Part shown: positions 8,840 through 17,671 of the stretch, piece after piece
How the letters are laid out: the number at the start of each line of letters is the position of its first letter
How positions within the stretch are numbered: the first letter of the stretch is position 1
Source of the DNA: Bacteriovoracaceae bacterium
Lineage (GTDB): Bacteria > Bdellovibrionota > Bacteriovoracia > Bacteriovoracales > Bacteriovoracaceae
Length of the DNA stretch: 33,943 nt
Assembly (NCBI GenBank): GCA_041586955.1
Contig: JBFGZE010000024.1
Span: 1 to 33,943 of the forward strand
Direction of reading: 5' to 3'
The notes under the pieces: generated by a model
The model's database searches: none
Told to the model about the DNA's origin: nothing
What the model saw: only the letters and a program-made list of their open reading frames with translations
Translations under genes and position numbers: made by a program

Positions 8840-9994
8840 ATGTACAAAAAATATTATTCTGGGTTTTTAAAATATAACTCTCATATTCAGCATATGGCCT
8901 GCCATTCCCATCATTTTTGGCCGGACGTCACAAGAGAGGGCATGCTCGAATACTGGGAAGATTCAGCAAAGCTGGTCGATCACAAATGGAATAAAATTTT
9001 TAGTGAAAAGATCCCCACCGTACAAAAGTTTATTGCTGAAGTTTTAGATGTTGATCATTTTGAAAATATTACTTTTGCACCCAACACGCATGAATTGGCC
9101 TATCGCTTAATTTCTTCTCTCGAAGGCCAAACGCCAACCATCGTGACAACAGATTCTGAATTTTATAGCTTTAATAGGCAAATAGACCGTCTCCAAGAAA
9201 GTGGCGATATAAAAGTTATCAAAGTGCCCACTATTCCTTTTGAATCATTTCCAGAGCGTTTTCTTTTGGCCATTGAAAAAAATAATCCCGAAATGATTTT
9301 TTTAAGCCATGTTTTCTTTAATTCTGGCGTGAAGATCCCAGATGCACTCATTAGTATGATTTGTCATAAAAAGCAGAAAGAAAGTATTTTTGTTTTAGAT
9401 GGCTACCATAGTTTTATGGCCACCCCCTACTCACTGCGAGAAGTTCAAGAGCAAATATTTTTTATCGCTGGTGGCTACAAATATGCTCAAGCAGGAGAAG
9501 GCTGCTGCTTTCTCTACTCTCCTCCGCAAACTAAAATTCGCCCAAAGAACACCGGTTGGTTCGCAACACTTGGCCAATTAGATGAAATAAAACCTGGATC
9601 CGTCAGTTTCCCTGAGGATGGACTGCGTTTTGCGGGCTCAACCATGGATTTCTCTCCACTCTATCGTATGGAAAAAGTTTTTAATCTTTTTAAAGATAAA
9701 AATATCACGGTGGAGGTTATTCATCGCCATATTCAATTCTGCCAAAAACAATTTCTTGATGAGTTGGAAAAGCAAAATCATCCACAAATTAATAAAAAGA
9801 CCCTTATTCACAGGGATCTCAATGACCATGGCCATTTTTATACTTTTAAGGTTCAAGATAATAAGACGGCGAAAGAAATCACTAAGTTTTTAAATGAACA
9901 TAATATTATAATTGATTCACGAGAAAACCTGGTACGCTTCGGATTTGGACTCTATCATGATGGAAATTACGATTTATCATGCCTTAATAATTAA
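8840..9994 (+). CDS. kynU: Class V PLP aminotransferase-fold enzyme, probable kynureninase (divergent)
   Basis: LSHVFFNSG, LDGYH, GGYKY (PLP Lys), TGWFA, RFAGST, RFGFGLYH; 10 nt downstream of kynA with an SD-like GGGGTG. Confidence 0.7.
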   Translation: MYKKYYSGFLKYNSHIQHMACHSHHFWPDVTREGMLEYWEDSAKLVDHKWNKIFSEKIPTVQKFIAEVLDVDHFENITFAPNTHELAYRLISSLEGQTPTIVTTDSEFYSFNRQIDRLQESGDIKVIKVPTIPFESFPERFLLAIEKNNPEMIFLSHVFFNSGVKIPDALISMICHKKQKESIFVLDGYHSFMATPYSLREVQEQIFFIAGGYKYAQAGEGCCFLYSPPQTKIRPKNTGWFATLGQLDEIKPGSVSFPEDGLRFAGSTMDFSPLYRMEKVFNLFKDKNITVEVIHRHIQFCQKQFLDELEKQNHPQINKKTLIHRDLNDHGHFYTFKVQDNKTAKEITKFLNEHNIIIDSRENLVRFGFGLYHDGNYDLSCLNN

Positions 9995-10511
9995 GAAATT
10001 TTAAAAATAAAAATACCAGAACCCCTGTAACTGAAACGTATAACCATACAGGGAAAGTGATTCGAGCAATTTTTTTATGGGCCGAAAATTTTCCGAGGGC
10101 CGCAAAGCTGAAAGTTGCGAGAATCAAAGGTACCTGAACAATACTCAAAATAATATGAGTGATTAAAATAAAGAAATAGGCATATTTTTTTATCCCAAAT
10201 CCAATAAAGCGCGTGTCACCGTGGAAATAATGATAGAGCAAATAGCCAACGAGAAAAATTGCTGATGTAAGGCCAGCAGATATCATTAACCTGATATGTT
10301 TTTCTTTATGACCTTTGCGAATGGCACGAAAACCAAGTATTAATAAGATACTGGTTAAAGTGTTTAAAATGGCGTTAACTGCCGGAAGAAATGTTAAATT
10401 AACCTCTGTTTGTGCCTGAGTTCGGAAATAAATAAACCAAACGAGAAAAACAAGTATCACACCACCTAGGCCTAAGGATAAGGCCCAAATGCTTTTATTA
10501 TTATTTTTCAT
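9984..10511 (-). CDS. DUF420 family membrane protein (CtaM-like oxidase assembly factor)
   Basis: LPAVNAILN, GFRAIR...H...M, FLVGYLLYH, YFFILITHIILS, HKKIARITFPVWLYVSVTGVLV. Confidence 0.88.
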   Translation of the reverse strand: MKNNNKSIWALSLGLGGVILVFLVWFIYFRTQAQTEVNLTFLPAVNAILNTLTSILLILGFRAIRKGHKEKHIRLMISAGLTSAIFLVGYLLYHYFHGDTRFIGFGIKKYAYFFILITHIILSIVQVPLILATFSFAALGKFSAHKKIARITFPVWLYVSVTGVLVFLFLKFLNY

Positions 10512-10743
10512 CAAGGATTAACTCAGAATTGCGGTTTTTAATGATAGTTCTATAGAGAATATAAAAAGGTATATAAGTCAAAGCAATAAAACCCATCAAA
10601 ATATAGACAATATAACCATCGCGAGGATTATCAGACGAACCTGCGCAAAGGGGGCATGCCTGCGCAAATTCGTTCGCAAATAAAAAAAAAGTGAATATTA
10701 ATTTACCTAAAGTAGGTAAATGAAAGTGAAAACGAGAATCCAT
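10501..10743 (-). CDS. Small exported membrane-anchored CxxC protein
   Basis: Signal-like segment ending AQA followed by CPLC, then one TM helix and a basic tail. It fills the gap between the subunit III paralogue and DUF420 and overlaps both. Confidence 0.65.
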   Translation of the reverse strand: MDSRFHFHLPTLGKLIFTFFLFANEFAQACPLCAGSSDNPRDGYIVYILMGFIALTYIPFYILYRTIIKNRNSELILDEK

Positions 10744-11333
10744 ACTAAGTCTACAAAGTGCCAGAAAAGTCCGGCGAGCTCTAAAAGGTTATAATCGCCA
10801 TTATCGAAGCGACCGTCAAAGGCCATTTTGAACATATACATTAAATAAATAGTACCCGCTAGAACATGAAGACCGTGAAAACCCGTAATTGCAAAGAATG
10901 TAGAGGAAAACAGGCCATTACCAGTAGGACCAGCATAGGTATTAAAAGTCATTCCCAGGTCATTTATCAAATGCATGTATTCGTAAGCTTGGATCGCTAG
11001 AAAGCTAACGCCACCAGCAATGGTCAGGCCAAGCCATAGAAGCATATTTTTGCGATCTCTTCCCTTACACGCATCAATCGCGAGCACCATGGATAAAGAA
11101 GAGCAAATTAAAAGAAAAGTCATAAAACCAGAAAGGCCAACACCACCGAGGGCCTCAACAGGATTTGGCCATTCCATGGTCGCTCTAAGAATTCCATAGG
11201 CAATCAATAGTCCTGAAAAGGACATTGCATCGGTTCCCAGGAAAAGCCACATACCGATTTTTCCAGGAGAGGCGACCCCAAACTGAGGGTCATTTGGGTA
11301 TTTTAAAGGTCCATCATGGGCTTTAGTACTCAT
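10707..11333 (-). CDS. ctaE: Cytochrome c oxidase subunit III-like protein (short 5-TM paralogue 2)
   Basis: KIGMWLFLGTDAMSF, TFLLICSSLSM, QAYEY, TGFHGLHV, GLFWHFVDLVWILVFTFIYL. Confidence 0.92.
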   Translation of the reverse strand: MSTKAHDGPLKYPNDPQFGVASPGKIGMWLFLGTDAMSFSGLLIAYGILRATMEWPNPVEALGGVGLSGFMTFLLICSSLSMVLAIDACKGRDRKNMLLWLGLTIAGGVSFLAIQAYEYMHLINDLGMTFNTYAGPTGNGLFSSTFFAITGFHGLHVLAGTIYLMYMFKMAFDGRFDNGDYNLLELAGLFWHFVDLVWILVFTFIYLL

Positions 11334-14170
11334 TATTTAGTCTCCCAATATTTCGTTTGAGAATCTGGAAGAAAGTCATGTCCAATCTCAATTAAATATT
11401 TCGTCAATGCATTGATCTGCTTTTTCGGATCACCATCAAGGATAGAAGGCTCAGTTGCCTCACCATCCTCCCAGAAGTTAGGCATAACTGTTTCACTAAG
11501 AATCGCTTGTGGGTTAGCTAACCATTTTTTTATCCAAGAGGGACGCAATCTTCTTTTCGCAAAATAAAGATTTGGCGCAGTGGCCTCTTCATTATTAAAG
11601 CCAGCGGTATGACAAGAAGCACAGGCTAAACTGTCAAATAGCTTTTTCGCAGCAACTCTTTCACCCGGCTCCCATTGAACACGAACCTTATTATCAACAA
11701 AGGTTTGCTGCTTTTCTTTGGCCTGAAACATTGAAACAATGGCGTTTCTCTCTTCATTACTAAGGTTAAATGTTGGCATCCTCACTTTTAACCATGGGCG
11801 AATAGGATAGACATCCTTAAGGAAGTGATGAAACCAATCAGCTTGAACCCGATGCCCCTGCCCGACAAGGAGGGGAGGTCCCTCGTTAATATCTTCATCA
11901 TACATTTTTAGAATATCACCACGAACTCCATCGACTTGGTGACAACCGATACAATTGAACTTATTAACAACTTTCATTCCATCAGCTGCAATTTGTTCAT
12001 GGGCATCAAGCCTCTTAATACCAGAGAGTGGAATTTTATCCGCAACCTGACCGATTAAGGCAATAGTGATTGAATTTGCCTCTTCCTCAGTCATATCAAA
12101 GTCAGGCATTCTTAAAAGATCTTTAAAAGGCTTATCAATGCCGTTATCCCACCGTCTGGGATTAAGTAAATGTGCCTTAATCCAGCCATCTCGAGAATGT
12201 TCAACATCATGCTCATGGCCAAAACCAAACTGAGTTAGTGGCTTAGAGCCAACTTTGGTTAGCTCTGGACCAATTGGTGCGCGCCCTTCAAAACCATCGA
12301 TATTGTGGCATGAATAGCAACCATATTTACCAACAGAGCGATGGCCAAGCTCGAGCGTTCTCTCTCTATCACTCATTGAATCGAGTTTTTTCTTGGCGAC
12401 TGCGAGAGTGTCGAAAGCTGAGAAGTAAGTTATCAAAATTTCGTCGCGAACTTTTGTGTCTAATTTTTCAAACTCTAAAGACTCAAACTGACGATTCTTT
12501 AAGGACATGAGATAAGCTGTAATATCATTCGCTTCACGATCGGTGAGCCTAAAGCTCGGCATGATCGTATCTTCTTGATAATGAGTTGGTTTTTTAAGCC
12601 AAGAAACCAACCAATCAGGGTTCACTTTAGAGCCAGTTCCTGTCAAATGCGGACCAGCAAAAGCGTCAATTTTATCCGAAATATCTTCGAAGCCCTCTAC
12701 CCCGTGGCACCCCATACAACCAATTTCCTTAACCAAATTTTTACCTCTCTCGGCATTACCACCGGAAAAAGTCTTAAATGGTTTATAATCAGCTGACTTA
12801 TCGAAAAGGTATTCTGCAATTGCGTTAACCTCAGCAATATTCTTTTTCATGAACTTTGGATCTTTATTATTATCCAGCCCAAAAAAGCTCGGCATTTTTG
12901 CATGCTTATTAAATTTTTTGGGATCCCAAACCCAATTTTTAAAGAATTCTTTACTTACCTTAGAGGCAATCTTCTTAAGGCCTGGGCCAGGTTTTCTCTT
13001 GTGCTCCCACCCTTCGATTTTGTGGCAGGCATAGCAACCAAATTTTTCAATATTTCTCTGGCCTTCATTAACAACCGTTCCTTGAGGAATAAACTCCACT
13101 CCCTGGTGACATTTAATACAGGCGGCTTCAGTTTGTCCTTTTTTGTACATTGGCTGAGCGATTTTATGAGGAGGGTGGTAATTATATTTTTCGACCCATT
13201 CTTTTTTCTGCTCTTCATTTTGAGGAGTGTGAGCAGGAGAGCTGAAATCAGTTACTCTATGCCCTTCACCACCATGACAAGAAGTACAACCAAATCTCTT
13301 CATTGGATGGTGAGACTTTAAACCAACCATTAAGTCCAGGTTGGGGTGAGTTTTAAAAGGATTTTTCTCTTTTTCGTAGCCCTTTTGATCGATAAAGGTA
13401 TGACAAGTAATACATCGATCGACTTTAGGTACATGTTGAAAATACCGGTCATCAGTTACATCTGTGAGTACTAATTGTTGAATCTTCAAAGTTGGATCTA
13501 AGAAATCAATAAGAGGAGCATTCCGAATAACAAAAATACCATTCATATCCGTTTGAGCTTTGGCCTGACGGAGAAGATCAATTGAACCAGTTAATGCCTT
13601 AAGTTCTTTTTCTGCAACAATTTGTTCTTTCTTTAGTTCCTCTAATCTCTTCTGAGCTTTTTTAAAGCGACCATCAAGATCTTTCATTCGATCTCTCGAC
13701 TCAGCAAAAAGACGTTTTTTATGAGACATAGTCTTAAAGAGTGACTTGGCATTTGGGGCGTGATTAGTGTGGGCCACACCATAGTCAAAAGTTAAAGCAG
13801 CAACTTGAGAATTTAACGTACCATTAATAATGGTTTCGGCCTTAATCTCTTTTTTAAGCTCCATTATTCGCTTTTCAACTTTACGAATATCTTGGACACG
13901 GCTTTTGGCGAGGGCCTTACCTTTTTCAATTTCTGCTAGGACTTCCTCTTTTTTCTTTTTATCAAGTTTTTCCTCGGCCAACTTAAGCTTTTCTGAAATT
14001 TTTTCTCTTTTTATATTCATGGCCTCAATCTGAAAGGCCTTCCACGGACGAATATAATCATCAAGGAACACCCAGATAACACTCACAAGAAAAATAAAAG
14101 AAAGAAAGGCAAAAATCTTATTTAATTTTTTAATATTAAAGGCCATGCCTGGTTCAATATCTTTTTTCAT
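11333..14170 (-). CDS. Membrane-anchored octaheme cytochrome c of the Rieske/cytochrome b complex
   Basis: N-terminal TM, long coiled-coil-like segment, and eight CxxCH motifs: CITCH, CTSCH, CIKCH, CYACH, CMGCH, CYSCH, CIGCH, CASCH. Confidence 0.92.
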   Translation of the reverse strand: MKKDIEPGMAFNIKKLNKIFAFLSFIFLVSVIWVFLDDYIRPWKAFQIEAMNIKREKISEKLKLAEEKLDKKKKEEVLAEIEKGKALAKSRVQDIRKVEKRIMELKKEIKAETIINGTLNSQVAALTFDYGVAHTNHAPNAKSLFKTMSHKKRLFAESRDRMKDLDGRFKKAQKRLEELKKEQIVAEKELKALTGSIDLLRQAKAQTDMNGIFVIRNAPLIDFLDPTLKIQQLVLTDVTDDRYFQHVPKVDRCITCHTFIDQKGYEKEKNPFKTHPNLDLMVGLKSHHPMKRFGCTSCHGGEGHRVTDFSSPAHTPQNEEQKKEWVEKYNYHPPHKIAQPMYKKGQTEAACIKCHQGVEFIPQGTVVNEGQRNIEKFGCYACHKIEGWEHKRKPGPGLKKIASKVSKEFFKNWVWDPKKFNKHAKMPSFFGLDNNKDPKFMKKNIAEVNAIAEYLFDKSADYKPFKTFSGGNAERGKNLVKEIGCMGCHGVEGFEDISDKIDAFAGPHLTGTGSKVNPDWLVSWLKKPTHYQEDTIMPSFRLTDREANDITAYLMSLKNRQFESLEFEKLDTKVRDEILITYFSAFDTLAVAKKKLDSMSDRERTLELGHRSVGKYGCYSCHNIDGFEGRAPIGPELTKVGSKPLTQFGFGHEHDVEHSRDGWIKAHLLNPRRWDNGIDKPFKDLLRMPDFDMTEEEANSITIALIGQVADKIPLSGIKRLDAHEQIAADGMKVVNKFNCIGCHQVDGVRGDILKMYDEDINEGPPLLVGQGHRVQADWFHHFLKDVYPIRPWLKVRMPTFNLSNEERNAIVSMFQAKEKQQTFVDNKVRVQWEPGERVAAKKLFDSLACASCHTAGFNNEEATAPNLYFAKRRLRPSWIKKWLANPQAILSETVMPNFWEDGEATEPSILDGDPKKQINALTKYLIEIGHDFLPDSQTKYWETK

Positions 14171-14188
14171 ACCTACAAATCCCTAAAA

Positions 14189-15265
14189 CTAAAGGTTCAA
14201 TTCCCATTCTGGTAACGCAACAATGTACTTCAGACTAAATAACCAACGCAGTACCATTTTGATTGGTAAGCTACACATCAGCAAAACCAGGACAGTTAAA
14301 ATATAAAACCTCATCTGCCCCATATCCTTGATTAATTGCTTACCCTTTTTACTCGCTGCCATAATTGGGGGCAGACCGAACATATAAAGGAAGGATAGTA
14401 TAATTCCTAAACTTTCCCGTATCACGAGGTTTTTTGGCATAGACGTATTCAGCCATTTAATCCACAAAAATTCGGATAGATTAACGTTATATTCGGCGAC
14501 AACTTTATGAAAATCCCAAAACTCAAATGGTCCATAGAAAGTCCAGTTTGGCCCTCTTAAAAAGGTTCCCACGATAATAAGGTAAAGCCATAAGGCCAAC
14601 CAACCAAAAAGAAATAAAGAGACGGCCATCTTTCTTTCAACAAAGGTAAAGTAGCCATTACCTTTAGGGTTGGTATCAATATAGGGAATAGCAATTAGTC
14701 CCACAACAATAACACCTGGTAAAACCACCCCGGCCATCCAAGGGTCAAAATAAACAAGCATTTCTTGCAGCCCAAGAAAGTACCACGGGGCCTTCGCCGG
14801 GTTTGGTGCCCAAGTTGGGTTGGCGGGCTCCTCGAGTGGCGCCTTAAAAAGGATCGCCCATACAATCAGGAAAACAGTTGTCGCAATAATGCAAAATAAT
14901 TCGATATAGACAAGATTAGGCCAACACCAAACCTTTTCTCTATTTTCAGGTAAGGCCTCGATTGGGCATTGCCCGGCCTCAATACGCGTATCATTAACCG
15001 CACATTTATAAAGGGCAAACCATGTCAAAAACGACACAAGGACAATCAAGATTACGATTGGAATATTATCCGGCCAGGTTATAATGGCCCAAAAATTCGG
15101 GTCAGCAGCGAACCATCCGACAACAGGTATAGACAATAGGGCCGAAATGATTCCAAATTTTTTCGTCCCTATAACTTTATAATTCTTAATCATTAAATAA
15201 AATAAAAAACAAAAAATGGGGAACGATCTAATCGGATCAGCTAACCAGTTAATAATCTCTTTCAT
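14189..15265 (-). CDS. petD: Cytochrome b6 subunit IV-like protein (C-terminal half of split cytochrome b) with extra TM helices
   Basis: WPNL, APLEEPANPTWAPNPAKAPWYFLGLQEML, IPYID; follows the b6-like gene. Confidence 0.88.
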   Translation of the reverse strand: MKEIINWLADPIRSFPIFCFLFYLMIKNYKVIGTKKFGIISALLSIPVVGWFAADPNFWAIITWPDNIPIVILIVLVSFLTWFALYKCAVNDTRIEAGQCPIEALPENREKVWCWPNLVYIELFCIIATTVFLIVWAILFKAPLEEPANPTWAPNPAKAPWYFLGLQEMLVYFDPWMAGVVLPGVIVVGLIAIPYIDTNPKGNGYFTFVERKMAVSLFLFGWLALWLYLIIVGTFLRGPNWTFYGPFEFWDFHKVVAEYNVNLSEFLWIKWLNTSMPKNLVIRESLGIILSFLYMFGLPPIMAASKKGKQLIKDMGQMRFYILTVLVLLMCSLPIKMVLRWLFSLKYIVALPEWELNL

Positions 15266-15282
15266 GAATCTAAATCCTTAAA

Positions 15283-16065
15283 TTAAAGTGGAGCTGAAAT
15301 ACCGCCGTCTTTACGCACTCTCCAAAAGTGAACTGCAATCAAAACCCCAACAACAAGTGGGATAAATACGCAATGAAGAATATAAAAACGAAGGAGCGCC
15401 GGCTCACCTACAAAACGACCTGCCAATAATTGAAAGCGGACATCGTTCTTGTCTGAAACCATAACGAAGTCACCGATCTGGGCAAGAGCTGCCCCGGGGC
15501 CACCATGACCCATGAACGGAGTTGCTTTTGCCATATTAGATCCAACTGTAATGGCCCAAATTGCCAATTGATCCCACGGTAACAAATAACCTGTAAAGGA
15601 TAAGAGCAATGTTAAAACGAGAAGAATAACACCAATACCCCAGTTGAATTCACGTGGCGGCTTATAAGATCCCGTCATGAAAACGCGGAACATATGAAGC
15701 CAGACGGTAATAACCATGGCGTGAGCGCCCCAACGATGGATTTCACGCATAATTCCCAAAGGCACGTGCTCTTTGAGAGCGATAATATCATTGAACGCAT
15801 ATTCCGCTGTTGGACGATAATAGAACATTAACAATAGGCCCGTTACAGTAAGGGCCAGAAAGATAAAAAATGTTAATCCCCCCATGCACCATGTATAACC
15901 TAACTGAACGCCAGACTTTTTTAACTTAATGGGGTGTAAATGAAGAAACACGTTTCCTGCAACAACTGCTGCTCTATTTCTTGAATTATCAGGTGGACCA
16001 TGTCTAAAAATAGACTTCCATACCTGAGTCTCTCTCACTTTATCAGCAAATCCCTTGTTCGCCAT
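15283..16065 (-). CDS. petB: Cytochrome b6-like protein (N-terminal half of split cytochrome b)
   Basis: WCMGG, IHRW...[24 protein letters not shown], helix D histidines separated by 14 residues, C-terminus GISAPL. Confidence 0.95.
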   Translation of the reverse strand: MANKGFADKVRETQVWKSIFRHGPPDNSRNRAAVVAGNVFLHLHPIKLKKSGVQLGYTWCMGGLTFFIFLALTVTGLLLMFYYRPTAEYAFNDIIALKEHVPLGIMREIHRWGAHAMVITVWLHMFRVFMTGSYKPPREFNWGIGVILLVLTLLLSFTGYLLPWDQLAIWAITVGSNMAKATPFMGHGGPGAALAQIGDFVMVSDKNDVRFQLLAGRFVGEPALLRFYILHCVFIPLVVGVLIAVHFWRVRKDGGISAPL

Positions 16066-16084
16066 AATAACTATCCTTTACCTA

Positions 16085-16591
16085 TTAAACTGAAAGATAG
16101 GCATCGGGGTGATCCCATTGCCCTTTTTCGTAACGATATATTTTTGTTTTATCCACTTTGATAACGCCTTCTGGAGTTAACGAAATTTTATAACGCTCCA
16201 GAGGACGAGGAGCGGGCCCCTCAAAGTTAATACCATTCGTGTAATAACCTGAACCATGACAGGGGCATTTAAATTTTAATTCTGCTGGTTGCCAGTTTGG
16301 AATACAGCCAAGATGAGTACAAATATTAGAAAGCGCCACGAGCTTTCCTTCTTGCTTAACCATCCACACGCCGTAACCATTTTTCCAACGTTCATCGACA
16401 CCCTCTTCATAGTCTTCAGGCTTTCCTGCAAGAAACTCCATTTCAGGCTCAAAGTTAACGTTAGGGTAACTAAAGCGAAAAGCTAAACTAAGTAGCCCCC
16501 CACATGCTGCTGAAAATAAAATCCACGCGACACTGAGAAAGCTGAAAAACTCACGTCTATTCAGGCTTTGCCTTACTGCACTATCACTCAT
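16085..16591 (-). CDS. petC: Rieske [2Fe-2S] subunit
   Basis: Tat motif NRREFF, TM anchor, CTHLGC and CPCHGSGY boxes, GPAPRPL. Start placed at ATG 16591. Confidence 0.96.
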   Translation of the reverse strand: MSDSAVRQSLNRREFFSFLSVAWILFSAACGGLLSLAFRFSYPNVNFEPEMEFLAGKPEDYEEGVDERWKNGYGVWMVKQEGKLVALSNICTHLGCIPNWQPAELKFKCPCHGSGYYTNGINFEGPAPRPLERYKISLTPEGVIKVDKTKIYRYEKGQWDHPDAYLSV

Positions 16592-16618
16592 CAAAACTTC
16601 CTTTTCTCTATATAAAGG

Positions 16619-16652
16619 ACACTTTACCGATTGATTTTAAAAGGTAAAGTGT
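16619..16652. promoter_or_regulatory. Perfect 10-bp inverted repeat upstream of the Rieske gene
   Basis: ACACTTTACC-N14-GGTAAAGTGT in the HEAT-Rieske intergenic region. Function (operator, RNA hairpin) not determinable. Confidence 0.4.
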
Positions 16653-16698
16653 AAAAATATATTTAACATAATTGTGCTTAGATTATGCTAATTCTCTC

Positions 16699-17565
16699 CT
16701 AATTTTTCAATATATTTAGAACTTCTCTTTCCTTAGCAAGAATCGTCATATCCTGCTCTATCTCAACGCGTCTCTCCAAAAGGCCCCGAGCGTCATCCCA
16801 TTTTACTTGGCCGATCTTAGTAAGTATCGACAATTTCAAATTTTTAATTTGTTGGGGCTCCAAATTACTTTGAGTGATTGACTCTGCATCCAATTGGAAA
16901 ATTGCTTCGATTACTTCAAGAGCAGCAGGGTCTTTAAAATTAACTAAGGCCTGTGCGGCAGCGTATTTGATTGATTGTGCCGGATGAGTGAGGTGTGTCC
17001 TAATGGCCTGATGAGCGCTTTCTACCCGATGGGTTCCAAGGGCCAAAATAGACGCTTGAAGCAGGGGCTGGTCTTCGCTTTTCAATAAATTTTCTATAAT
17101 CTGCCAATCCTGAACGCTACCATAGGGCAGATTGGCGTAGGCCACTACAGCGTGAAATCTAATATTGGGGTCAGTATGCTGAACTGCTTTCTTTAGCACA
17201 GGCAAGCAGCTTGGTTGCTTAAGGGCACCGAGGGCCACGACAATAAAATCCTTTGACCTTGGGTCTTCGGTGCTATCATATAATTCCGATAAATTAGTAA
17301 TTAGCCAGGGAAGCTCGTCTTCCGGAATTTGAGAAGTAGAGATCAATTTGGATAATTCATATGCTGCAATCCAGCGATTACCAAATGTTTTTGATTTCAT
17401 CTCTCTAACTAAATCTTTATAAGAGCGGTCAGAGTTTAGCATTTTGGTAACGCCAAATACGATCAGTGCCCCTACTAATACAATCGCGATTGGGACCATT
17501 AGACTACCCAGAATAGGGTTTTCCAATAGTTTCTTTTTAGGTGTGTCATTTTTTATTTCAGACAT
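16699..17565 (-). CDS. Membrane-anchored HEAT/PBS-lyase-like repeat protein
   Basis: One N-terminal TM, then repeats such as NRWIAAYEL, VVALGAL, NIRFHAVVAY, SILALGT, SIKYAAAQAL. Start placed at ATG 17565. Confidence 0.8.
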   Translation of the reverse strand: MSEIKNDTPKKKLLENPILGSLMVPIAIVLVGALIVFGVTKMLNSDRSYKDLVREMKSKTFGNRWIAAYELSKLISTSQIPEDELPWLITNLSELYDSTEDPRSKDFIVVALGALKQPSCLPVLKKAVQHTDPNIRFHAVVAYANLPYGSVQDWQIIENLLKSEDQPLLQASILALGTHRVESAHQAIRTHLTHPAQSIKYAAAQALVNFKDPAALEVIEAIFQLDAESITQSNLEPQQIKNLKLSILTKIGQVKWDDARGLLERRVEIEQDMTILAKEREVLNILKN

Positions 17566-17671
17566 AGGAGCGTGATACCTTTTCAAGCCATTAAACGTGT
17601 CATATGAAAGTACATAGATGGATGAAATAACAAATTCACCCGATGATGACAATCACTGAAGAGGCCAAACT

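Noticed and set aside
10682..10690. A9 homopolymer as frameshift fusing the CxxC ORF to subunit III
   Set aside because: Subunit III ends with its normal FIYLL-stop before the tract, and the CxxC frame is open through it.
11333..14170. Hydroxylamine oxidoreductase / octaheme nitrite or tetrathionate reductase
   Set aside because: Heme spacing and five repeated MPxF Met-ligand domains do not fit those folds; no CxxCK motif.
10707..16591. Alternative complex III
   Set aside because: No ActB molybdopterin-like/FeS or NrfD-like ActC genes; this is a Rieske/cytochrome b complex.
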